In this document: in pieces, positions 49,801 through 58,397 of the stretch | Numbering within the stretch: the first letter of the stretch is position 1 | Layout of the letters: each line of letters opens with the position of its first letter | NCBI GenBank assembly: GCA_964389615.1 | Contig: CAYMDW010000001.1 | Coordinates: 6,475-70,474 of the forward strand | Direction: 5' to 3' | DNA length: 64,000 nucleotides | Source: an uncultured Gammaproteobacteria bacterium | GTDB lineage: Bacteria > Pseudomonadota > Gammaproteobacteria > JABCZS01 | Program-made: the position numbers and the translations under genes | Notes under the pieces: generated by a model | Told to the model about the DNA's origin: nothing | What the model saw: only the letters and a program-made list of their open reading frames with translations | Databases searched by the model: none

Positions 49801-49821
49801 CTACGCACAATTCAAAATTAA

Positions 49822-50169
49822 GTTCAGAGCCGATCGATAAGCCGGGTTCTGTCGTGAACAGCCATTCATCTAGGCCTGGCATCACTGCCAGGCTCAAGCA
49901 ACCTACCCGAACCCAAGCGTGGGTACGCTCTGTGTGGGTTCCTATTTGGTCTTGCTCCAGGTGGGGTTTACCCTGCCACGCTTGTTACCAAACGCGCGGT
50001 GCGCTCTTACCGCACCTTTTCACCCTTACCCCCCGAAAGGGGCGGTATATTTTCTGTGGCACTTTCCGTCGGCTTGCGCCGCCCAGGCGTTACCTGGCAC
50101 CTTACCCAATGGAGCCCGGACTTTCCTCTAAGGACACAAGGCCCCTAGCGGCTGTTTGTTCGACTCTGA
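49822..50169 (-). ncRNA. rnpB: RNase P RNA (bacterial type A)
   Basis: Minus strand contains GAGGAAAGUCCGGGCUCCAUUGGGUAAGGUGCCAGGUAACGCCUGGG, ...GGGUGAAAAGGUGCGGUAAGAGCGCACCGCGCGUUUGGUAACAAGCGUGGCAGGGUAAACCCCACCUGGAGCAAGACCAAAUAGGAACCCACACAGAGCGUACCCACGCUUGGGUUCGGGUAGGUUGCUUGAGCC... and ACAGAACCCGGCUUAUCGAUCGGCUCUGAAC. These are near-identical to E. coli M1 RNA conserved regions (P4, P10-12, P15-18, 3' P1 strand). Confidence 0.85.
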
Positions 50170-50260
50170 GGGGCCTATTCTACGCCTCCCGCCCCTCAGT
50201 CTCAAGCTGAAATCTCAATTCTCATATATAGTAAATCAATGACCCCAAGGAACCGCGTTT

Positions 50261-51520
50261 ATGCAACACCTCAGCCCCATGAAGCGACTCGTTATTTCCT
50301 GCATGATAGGGAACGCCCTCGAGTGGTACGATTTTGCCCTCTACGGCTTTTTTGTGGGGATGATTGGCCATCACTTTTTTCCAGCGCATGATCCCCTCAC
50401 CTCGATTATTGCGAGTTACGGGGCTTTTGCGGTGGCTTTCTTATTGCGTCCCGTGGGCGCGCTGGTCATTGGGGAGATGGGCGATAAAATTGGACGAAAA
50501 CCGGCCTTGATCTTGTCCCTTTACCTCATGGCCCTCCCGACCGCCCTGATGGGTTTACTTCCCACCTACGCGATGATCGGCATCCTGGCCCCGATTTTGC
50601 TCACCCTGGTCCGCTTTTTTCAAGGATTTTCCATGGGAGGGGAATTCACGGGTTCGATGATCTTCATTGCAGAACACACGCACGAAAATCGCCGCGGCTT
50701 GATGACCAGCTTCACTCCCTGCAGCTTATTCATCGGCCTGGTGATCGGCTCGAGTATCGCCAGCCTCACCACCTTCCTCCTCAGTCCTGCGGATCTGGAA
50801 TCCTGGGGTTGGCGTATTCCGTTTTTAATTTCCTTGCTCGGAGCAGCACTCGGGATTTACATGCGTTCACACCTCACCGAAACAGACACCTTTGATCGCA
50901 TGAAAAAAGCGGTTGATCACAGCAGTCAACTTCCGATCAAACGTCTGTTCACGCGTTACTGGCGAACGATTTTATTAACCGTCTTGATTGATTGCGGTGT
51001 GGGGGTCAGTGGCTTTTACATGATCACGTTTTTGAGCACTTACATGATTCAGTTTCATCATATTCCTGCTGAAACTGCGCTGATGATTAACTCATTCAAT
51101 ATGATTCTCTGTGCCCTCTTGATTCTCTTTTTCGGCTGGCTGAGCGATAAAATCAAAAAACAATGGGTGATGATCTCAGGCTGCCTGGGCTTTATCTTTT
51201 TTTCTTACCCCTTGTTTCAAGCCTTCAGTTCTGATCCGCTCACCACCGCCTTGGCACAAGCAGGATTGGTCGTTTGCTTCGCCGCGCTCTTTGGGCCCCT
51301 GCCGAATTTATTAATCAGCCTCTACCCTCCGAGCGTGCGTTACTCGGGCATGTCGTTCGCGCATAATCTTGCCATGGCACTTTTTGGGGGGACGGCCCCG
51401 ATCTTGGCGACTTATCTTATTCAGCAAACCGGCAATCTTGCCATCCCTGGGATCTATTTGGCGATTTCTTTGGGTTTAACGCTCGTCGGATTATTACTGA
51501 GCTTAAGACACAGTCACTGA
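50261..51520 (+). CDS. MFS transporter, metabolite:H+ symporter (MHS; ProP/KgtP-like) family
   Basis: LEWYDFALYGFFVGMIGHHFF and 12 TM segments. 419 aa. Confidence 0.7.
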   Translation: MQHLSPMKRLVISCMIGNALEWYDFALYGFFVGMIGHHFFPAHDPLTSIIASYGAFAVAFLLRPVGALVIGEMGDKIGRKPALILSLYLMALPTALMGLLPTYAMIGILAPILLTLVRFFQGFSMGGEFTGSMIFIAEHTHENRRGLMTSFTPCSLFIGLVIGSSIASLTTFLLSPADLESWGWRIPFLISLLGAALGIYMRSHLTETDTFDRMKKAVDHSSQLPIKRLFTRYWRTILLTVLIDCGVGVSGFYMITFLSTYMIQFHHIPAETALMINSFNMILCALLILFFGWLSDKIKKQWVMISGCLGFIFFSYPLFQAFSSDPLTTALAQAGLVVCFAALFGPLPNLLISLYPPSVRYSGMSFAHNLAMALFGGTAPILATYLIQQTGNLAIPGIYLAISLGLTLVGLLLSLRHSH

Positions 51521-51574
51521 GGCAAGACAATCAATATCAGCTATACTAGCGATACTCTGCAACGCCAAAAGGAT

Positions 51575-52432
51575 TTGGTTATGAAATACATCGCCCCCGC
51601 TCTCCTCGCCCTCACCAGCGCGACCTGTTTAATCATTGCCCACGCAGGCGATAATGGCCAATTTAATGGCGTCTACCTGGGCGGCGCGATTGGCGGCATG
51701 GTGACCTCTGCTAACATGGACAGCGCTTCTGAATTTACCGTGGATGGGGGCGATTTTTTCAATTCAGCCGCCTACAGAACGGCTGGCAGTGATAGTTTTT
51801 ATGGCACCGTCACTGAAAACAGTTCTGACTCCCTATCCACCCAGTCTACGGTTTGGACAGCACGTCTGGGCTACGGTTCAGGCATTTATGATTGGCCCTT
51901 ATGGTTGGGGCTTGAGATTTTCGGTGATTTTGGCGATCGCGAAATCGAGCAAAACGGCTTTGGGGAATACGGTCCCATCGCAGTCTCGCATTGGAGTGAA
52001 ATGAGCCTCAATCAAAATGAATTCGGGATTGATTTTCGACCCGGTATTCTCGTCACCCCCAGCAGTTTATTGTATGCCCGGGTAGGTTTTGCCTACAACA
52101 TCCTCCACCTGGATTCAACAGTCGAGGGGTACTATTATGGTGAGCCTTCCGCGCTGAATATGGATGAAAGCGAGAAGGTCTTCGGCCTCAGACTCGGGGC
52201 AGGATTCGAACAAAAGATGAGCTGTAATCTTTCTTTTAGTCTGGATTATATCTACACAGATTATGGCAATATCAGCAACTCCGGCTCCTATGATAATCTT
52301 TACCTTCGTCAAGTCTGCTTTCAACCCGACTGCGGCGAATACATTGCTGGCTCAAGCGATGTGGATCGGGTCAAAACCCAAGCGGTCATGTTAGGCGTGA
52401 ATTATTACCCGATGGCCAAAGGTTGTGAATGA
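51575..52432 (+). CDS. outer-membrane beta-barrel protein (OmpA-like/porin PF13505-type; Legionellales MOMP-like), paralog 1
   Basis: Signal peptide. Alternating amphipathic beta pattern. C-terminus ...AVMLGVNYYPMAKGCE. ~45% similar to the 53888-54757 product. Confidence 0.45.
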   Translation: MVMKYIAPALLALTSATCLIIAHAGDNGQFNGVYLGGAIGGMVTSANMDSASEFTVDGGDFFNSAAYRTAGSDSFYGTVTENSSDSLSTQSTVWTARLGYGSGIYDWPLWLGLEIFGDFGDREIEQNGFGEYGPIAVSHWSEMSLNQNEFGIDFRPGILVTPSSLLYARVGFAYNILHLDSTVEGYYYGEPSALNMDESEKVFGLRLGAGFEQKMSCNLSFSLDYIYTDYGNISNSGSYDNLYLRQVCFQPDCGEYIAGSSDVDRVKTQAVMLGVNYYPMAKGCE

Positions 52433-53829
52433 AGTTTCGCTACAGTCTGATCGCATTCCTGACGGTGATGGTGTATTCGAATATTTTCACGATTCCTTTT
52501 TTGTACAGTGAAAATTTTTTAATCTCTCAGGATCTCATTCAAGATCTGGGCTTGTTTTTCGACAAGCTCGCTGGGCAAGAGTGGAAAGCCCTGCTCTCGC
52601 GGCCGCTTTCCACGCTCAGCTTTGCCCTGAATTTCGCCTGGGGCGGAAAAAACCCTGCAAGCTACCACCTGGTGAATTTGATCATTCATTTAATCAATGT
52701 GTTTGGGGTGTATGCGATCGCACAACGCTTTTTTAAATTTCCTCTGATCTCTGCCTCGCTCTTTGCCCTGCATCCCATCGGCACCTCTTGTGTGAGTCAA
52801 ATCTTTGGTCGCTCTTATTCGCTGGGCACCTGTTTTATGCTGGGGGCACTCTATGTTTATCTGGCCGCAAAAGAGCGGAAGGATCTGACCCTAAAAACCG
52901 CAGCCCTCTTGACTGGATTATTCGTGTTGATGCTGTTGTCCAAACAAAGCTTCGTCTTTTTCCCCTTCATTTTGATTTGGCACCGGATGCAAAGCCCGAT
53001 CAAATTCGACATTAAGATTCCCCTCTTGTTGGCGGGGATTGGCGCAGTCACCCTTTTTTACATTCAATTTTATGCCGCGCCTTTTTCGGCCCGGGCAGCC
53101 GTCGACAGCCAGACCTTCGCGCTCTCGCAATTGGGCAATATTTACAAGCTGGTGACCTTTTATTTTTCCCCCTTTCAAACTGCCTTGCGCCATGAGCTGC
53201 CTTTTTACACACACTTTTTTTCACCCTACGTCTTACTGGGTTTTTCTTACCTCCTGGGTTATTTGACTTTGGCGATTTATTTTAGAAAGAGCCCTCTCGG
53301 CTTTTTAATGGGTGCCCTCTTGTTATCCCTGCTGCCAACCAATTCGATTTTCCCCAAAGACGAGGTCATTCTTGAATGGCGGCTCTACCCCAGTTTGGTT
53401 TTTTTCTGTTTGTTGATGGGGCAGCTCTGTGAGGCCTCTCAACACTATTGGAAACCTATCGCCAAGCCTGCTTGTTTACTTTATCTGGTTTATTTAATGT
53501 CTTTTGCGTGGACCATTCGTGAGACCAATCAACATTACCAAAGCAATGTCAGTGCCTGGGAAGAAGTGCGTTCGCGCTACCCTTACTCAGCTAACCCTCT
53601 TAATAATTTAGGGGTGATTTATTCAAGCAAGCACGAATATCTTCGCGCTCAGGAATATTTTCGCATGGCCTCAGAGATGAATCCTCGATCGAGCGTTTAC
53701 AAAATGAATTTAGCAAAGACAGAACTTTCTCTGGGGCATACCCGTTTGAGTGAGAAATTATTCGAGGAAGGCTTGGCCTTGCAATCGCAATACGGGCAGC
53801 AAGTGGTCAGCGTTTACATGCGGCATTGA
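52429..53829 (+). CDS. polytopic membrane protein with C-terminal TPR repeats; GT-C-like glycosyltransferase (TMTC/PMT/DUF1736-type architecture)
   Basis: N-terminal ~11 TM segments with HLVNLIIHLINVFGVYAIAQ (TMTC/DUF1736-like motif). C-terminal TPR-like NNLGVIYSSKHEYLRAQEYFRMASEMNPRSSVYKMNLAKT. The start overlaps the upstream OMP stop as ATGA. Confidence 0.45.
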   Translation: MKFRYSLIAFLTVMVYSNIFTIPFLYSENFLISQDLIQDLGLFFDKLAGQEWKALLSRPLSTLSFALNFAWGGKNPASYHLVNLIIHLINVFGVYAIAQRFFKFPLISASLFALHPIGTSCVSQIFGRSYSLGTCFMLGALYVYLAAKERKDLTLKTAALLTGLFVLMLLSKQSFVFFPFILIWHRMQSPIKFDIKIPLLLAGIGAVTLFYIQFYAAPFSARAAVDSQTFALSQLGNIYKLVTFYFSPFQTALRHELPFYTHFFSPYVLLGFSYLLGYLTLAIYFRKSPLGFLMGALLLSLLPTNSIFPKDEVILEWRLYPSLVFFCLLMGQLCEASQHYWKPIAKPACLLYLVYLMSFAWTIRETNQHYQSNVSAWEEVRSRYPYSANPLNNLGVIYSSKHEYLRAQEYFRMASEMNPRSSVYKMNLAKTELSLGHTRLSEKLFEEGLALQSQYGQQVVSVYMRH

Positions 53830-53887
53830 TTATCAACAATCCTATTCTATACTCAAGTCACTGCCCATCCAATGTTAGGAGCTTTCT

Positions 53888-54757
53888 ATGCACTCCACTT
53901 CCGGAAAAATAATAACGAGTTTGACTGCCGCCTTGCTGGGTCTAAGCACTGTCGGCGCAGTGATCATCGCACAAGCGAAAGACAATACCCAGTTCAATGG
54001 GGTTTACATGGGTCTGTCTGCAGGGGGATTGAACACTGCGATGGATTTGGAAAGTTTGTCTACTTACAACTTTAATCAGAGTTCCTACTCACCTGAAAGT
54101 GTCACCTCCGACTCCTACCAAGAAGCCAATGATACCTCAACGGTATGGGCTGGAAGACTGGGCTATGGAACGAACATCTACGATTCGATTGCCTGGCTAG
54201 GATTAGAAATTTTTGGGAATCTTGCTAACAGAGAAGTAGAGAATGACAGCTTTAAGATTCATCCATCCCTTGTAGAGGTGATGAGCGATACTCAAGCCTC
54301 ACTAAATAATGGCGAATATGGAATTGATTTGAAGCCCGGCGTTTTGCTTGGTTCTAGCAGTTTGCTTTATGCGAGAATCGGCGCTGCTTTTAACATATTA
54401 CGTGTCAACTCAGAGGTTTTTGGCGATAATAACCCATATCACTATCATACCTATCTTCCCCTCAATCTGAACCTGCAAGAAAGCAAGCATGTCACAGGAT
54501 TACGCTTAGGCCTAGGTTTTGAGCAAAAAGTCTCTTGCCAACTCTCCTTTGCTCTCGATTATATTTATACGACTTACGGCAGCATCAGTAACTCGGGCAG
54601 TGGCTATAATGTGTACGAAGAATTCAATAACAACGGCAGAACATCTCCGCATGCATACGCTAGCCTCAACACCTCCAACGAAGCTGAAAACGTCAAAACC
54701 AATGCTGTGATGTTGGGCGTTAATTATTATCCTATGGTGAATGATTGCAAACAATGA
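53888..54757 (+). CDS. outer-membrane beta-barrel protein, paralog 2
   Basis: Signal peptide. Same architecture and shared blocks as paralog 1 (NGVYMGLSAGG, WAGRLGYGTNIYD, LLYARIGAAFNIL, GLRLGLGFEQKVSCQLSFALDYIYT, NAVMLGVNYYPM). Confidence 0.45.
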   Translation: MHSTSGKIITSLTAALLGLSTVGAVIIAQAKDNTQFNGVYMGLSAGGLNTAMDLESLSTYNFNQSSYSPESVTSDSYQEANDTSTVWAGRLGYGTNIYDSIAWLGLEIFGNLANREVENDSFKIHPSLVEVMSDTQASLNNGEYGIDLKPGVLLGSSSLLYARIGAAFNILRVNSEVFGDNNPYHYHTYLPLNLNLQESKHVTGLRLGLGFEQKVSCQLSFALDYIYTTYGSISNSGSGYNVYEEFNNNGRTSPHAYASLNTSNEAENVKTNAVMLGVNYYPMVNDCKQ

Positions 54758-56334
54758 AGTCATTTTTAAGTATTAGCTTATTGTCTGTGGCTGTAGCAGT
54801 ATGGGGGGCTCCTTCTTCTCAAGAGGTTTTTGGCCGAGCCCAAAGCACTCTGGAAGCGTTTCAGGGAGCCCCCCTGATTTCTGCTAACTGGGAAGGTCGT
54901 TTTCGCCCGTATTTGTATACAGAGGGGAAATTCAATCCCCTCTTTCCCGCTGAGCTCTCGAATCAATATCCTCAAACGGATTTTTTAAACCCGAAACCGC
55001 TCAATGACTCACAATTTTTGATCTACGCTGAAACATTGGGTCAGGCCAATTCGGATCTTCTTGTCTTTGATGACTCTTCCAAAAAAATTCAAAAGATCTC
55101 GTACACCGCCCACACGGAACCTGGTTGGTATGATCACAGCTGTGTCTCTCGAGATAACAACCTGATCTCAATGCCGACAAAAACGGGCCAAGCTTTTTTT
55201 AAACTTGATTTCACTCGCCTCAGCGCCGATCCGATCGATGCGGGCGGATCAGCTCCTGCTTTCTCTCATTGCCTTTGGGTCAATCCAACTACTCTGCTAG
55301 GATTATCGAAAAATAATAAACTTTATCATTGTGAATTCGGGAACGAATCTGCTTCCTGCCAAGCCACTCTCGCCTTGACTGGCTTTGTCTCCACCAGCCA
55401 ATTTTTTCAAGATAAATCCGGTCGCCCCGGCGTGATCGGCATCCAAAAAGGCGAGACCTTCAAACAAGCCTATGTCCTTTCCAAGGACTATACGAAAGCC
55501 ACCCTTCTCAAGACTCCCATGAAATTAATGGGGGATATTTTAGATGTTCAACAAGGGCATTTTCGCGTCGGCCTGCATGGACGTTTTGTGACGGATTTAA
55601 CCCGAGACCCCGCTCCCAAAGACATTATTTCTCGGTTTAAAAAAATTGGGGACACTTGGTATGCGATTGCGACGAATGCGCAGTATCCCCGAACCTTGGC
55701 CGTGCTTGAAAAAGAGGCCTGGAAATTCTTGCCCTATCATCCACCGGTCTCGAGTTCCATTCAAACCCCAGTAGAAGTCATTACAAAATCTGCGACGGGA
55801 AAACATTATCAATCCTTTCTATATGGCCCAGCCACGAATAAAAAAGTCGTGGTTTGGTTGCACGGGGGGCCGCACGAAAGTTTTTCTCCCCGCTTTCATC
55901 CTTATATTTACAGTTTGAATGAGAAAGGCTACTCCGTCTTAGCAGTGAATTACCCTGGCAGCACAGGCCGTGGACTCGCTTATTCACAAGCCACCTCTTC
56001 GCATTACCACCTGGATTGCATGCAATCGATCGCTCAGTATTTAAAAGAGAATCAGGCAGAAGAAATTGTGGTCTGGTCAGTGTCTTATGGAGATAAACTT
56101 CAAAAAGACATGTTGGAGCATGATTTTCCGATCAGCAAAGTCGTGGATCAGGTCGGCGTCCTTCCCAAAGGGGTCTTGAAACAATTGGCCCAAGAAAAGA
56201 GTGTTCCTTATTTTTCGATTCGAGGGAAATACGATACGCTTTCTTCGGCAGAAGGCGCGGATTTTGTGTACGAGGGCGCACATGATCTGACGTATTATCA
56301 GGATTTTGAGCGGTTGATGGGGATGTTCATGTAA
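54754..56334 (+). CDS. secreted S9-family (prolyl-oligopeptidase/DPP-IV-like) serine peptidase
   Basis: Signal peptide. VVWLHGGPHESF...VNYPGSTGRG...VVWSVSYGD matches the S9 HGGP / NYRGSxGYG / GxSYGG pattern, with substitutions. The start overlaps the upstream OMP stop as ATGA. Confidence 0.5.
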   Translation: MKSFLSISLLSVAVAVWGAPSSQEVFGRAQSTLEAFQGAPLISANWEGRFRPYLYTEGKFNPLFPAELSNQYPQTDFLNPKPLNDSQFLIYAETLGQANSDLLVFDDSSKKIQKISYTAHTEPGWYDHSCVSRDNNLISMPTKTGQAFFKLDFTRLSADPIDAGGSAPAFSHCLWVNPTTLLGLSKNNKLYHCEFGNESASCQATLALTGFVSTSQFFQDKSGRPGVIGIQKGETFKQAYVLSKDYTKATLLKTPMKLMGDILDVQQGHFRVGLHGRFVTDLTRDPAPKDIISRFKKIGDTWYAIATNAQYPRTLAVLEKEAWKFLPYHPPVSSSIQTPVEVITKSATGKHYQSFLYGPATNKKVVVWLHGGPHESFSPRFHPYIYSLNEKGYSVLAVNYPGSTGRGLAYSQATSSHYHLDCMQSIAQYLKENQAEEIVVWSVSYGDKLQKDMLEHDFPISKVVDQVGVLPKGVLKQLAQEKSVPYFSIRGKYDTLSSAEGADFVYEGAHDLTYYQDFERLMGMFM

Positions 56335-57515
56335 CGCTGCGCGCGAATCACATACAACAGCATCATCAAACCCACAGAAATAATCGCCATCAGAATGATC
56401 CCTATGTTTTGAAATGATCCTGCATAACAATAGCCTGCGACTTGCAAAGCCAGCCCCGTCACGATCAATTTAATCGCCTGAAGGAGTGCGGAAATTTTTC
56501 CCTTGGCCTTGGGCATCAGGTTCAGGACAATCGGGTACAAAATCGTACTGGGAATAATCAAGCCCACAATAAAGACGAGAAAGGTCACCGTGATCCAAAC
56601 TGGACTCGACGAATCCACGGCTGTCACCCAGCCAAGGCCCAGCAGACTTACCATAAAAACCCAACAAGAAGCATAGAGCGTTTTCTCTTGATTTAAGCGA
56701 TTCAAAACAAAACCAAAAAGAAGACTGCCTACAGCAAAAGCCATGGCAAAGGCCCCTTGATAATAACCAAAATGGGCAAGACTGACCCCCAAATCTTCAA
56801 TGAAAAGTAAGGGCGACATTCCCACAAATACCCAATAAGGCACGAACAAAAAAACAAGACAGAGAATCGATAAAAACGTTGTCTTCGATCGGAAAATAGG
56901 AAAATACCCTCGAAGAGAGAGCGTTTCTTTTTCATCCGGCAATGTCGTTTGAGGAATGAAGCATAAGGTCAAGACAAAGACAATCAACCCCAGAATCAGC
57001 AAAGCTGCAAAATTGCCTTGCCAATTGAAATATAAGGTAAGGTAACTCCCGGCAATGGGGGCTGCCCCGACCGTGGCATTAATCACCCCATTTAAGATCG
57101 CCATTAAAAATTGTTGTTCTTTGATCGGATAAGTGTCTGCAATAATCAAAAAACAAAGCGAGCCCGGTGCAGCAATCCCCACGCCTTGAAAAAATCTCCC
57201 TGCAAGCAAAGAGAAAAAATTCCCAGCAAAAAGACAGAACAGAGTGCCAAGTATAAAAATCACCAACCCAAACAGAATAATAGGTTTTCGACCGTACCGA
57301 TCGGCCAAGGGCCCCACAAAAAACAGACTCAAACAAAGCCCAACGAAGTTGACAGACAAGAGAGCCTCTAACCAAAAGGGGGTTAGTTCAAATTGTGATT
57401 GCAATTGAGGAAAACTGGGGACAAACACATCAAGCTCCGCCCCAGCCAAAATTTCCATCAAAATGACTGTAAAAAAGAGCAATGCTTTGGTAAGTGACTT
57501 ATTTATCTTTATCAT
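56298..57515 (-). CDS. MFS efflux transporter (Bcr/CflA-like)
   Basis: 12 TM segments. GPLADRYGRKPIILFGL MFS motif A. Confidence 0.7.
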   Translation of the reverse strand: MIKINKSLTKALLFFTVILMEILAGAELDVFVPSFPQLQSQFELTPFWLEALLSVNFVGLCLSLFFVGPLADRYGRKPIILFGLVIFILGTLFCLFAGNFFSLLAGRFFQGVGIAAPGSLCFLIIADTYPIKEQQFLMAILNGVINATVGAAPIAGSYLTLYFNWQGNFAALLILGLIVFVLTLCFIPQTTLPDEKETLSLRGYFPIFRSKTTFLSILCLVFLFVPYWVFVGMSPLLFIEDLGVSLAHFGYYQGAFAMAFAVGSLLFGFVLNRLNQEKTLYASCWVFMVSLLGLGWVTAVDSSSPVWITVTFLVFIVGLIIPSTILYPIVLNLMPKAKGKISALLQAIKLIVTGLALQVAGYCYAGSFQNIGIILMAIISVGLMMLLYVIRAQRYMNIPINRSKS

Positions 57516-57605
57516 GAAATTTGGTTACACTCTCATGTGATATTGATCATAGGAATAGTTGCAAAGTTGCCTAACAAATGTTAAAGTGTAATTCAACTCA
57601 TTTTA

Positions 57606-58397
57606 TTGGGGTCAAGCATGTCAAATCCACAAGCCCATGATTTTGTTAAAAAAGAGCTCCAAGATGGCATTTTAATCCTTGAACTCAACCACCCCAACAA
57701 GCATAATCCCTTTAACAAGGCATTGGAACAGGCTGTCATCAAAAATCTGAATGAGGCCAACGCTCAGGAAGAGGTCAAGGCGATTGTCCTCACTGGGGGC
57801 GCTGGCAAATCTTTCAGCGTTGGGGGCGATTTCAATGAGGTTAAATTATTGAAAGGCGGAGACGAGGTGGACGCCTGGATTGACGGGGTAATTTCCTTGT
57901 ATGTGAGCTCTCTGCAAGTCACCAAGCCAACGGTGGCCTTGGTCGATGGGTTTGCGATTGGCATTGGTTTTCAATTGGCCCTCACCTTTGATTGGCGGAT
58001 TGGAACCCAGACCACGAAATACCTGATGCCCGAGCTGAAACATGGGATCAGCTGCACCCTGGGGGCCTGCATGCTCGAACGCACGCTAGGACGTGCCAAC
58101 ATGATGAAAATTGTCTTCGGTTGCGATGAAATTTCTGCTGAAGAAGCCAAGTCTATGCAGCTTCTTAATGAAATAGTTGACGCGCAAAACAGCCTGGAGA
58201 TCGCGATTGCAAAAGCCAAAGCCTTAGCCGCCTATCCACAAACAGCGTATAAAAACACTAAGATTTCAGCCAACAGAGGCTTTATTCAGGACCTGATCCA
58301 AGTCGCGCAAGCCAGTAAATTAGCCCATCGGGCTTCCTTCAAGGACGGAGCCCTACAGCAGCATTTCAACACGATTTTGGGTGACAAATCTCAATAA
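57606..58397 (+). CDS. enoyl-CoA hydratase/isomerase (crotonase) family protein
   Basis: AIVLTGGAGKSFSVGGDFNEV oxyanion-hole motif. Confidence 0.75.
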   Translation: MGSSMSNPQAHDFVKKELQDGILILELNHPNKHNPFNKALEQAVIKNLNEANAQEEVKAIVLTGGAGKSFSVGGDFNEVKLLKGGDEVDAWIDGVISLYVSSLQVTKPTVALVDGFAIGIGFQLALTFDWRIGTQTTKYLMPELKHGISCTLGACMLERTLGRANMMKIVFGCDEISAEEAKSMQLLNEIVDAQNSLEIAIAKAKALAAYPQTAYKNTKISANRGFIQDLIQVAQASKLAHRASFKDGALQQHFNTILGDKSQ

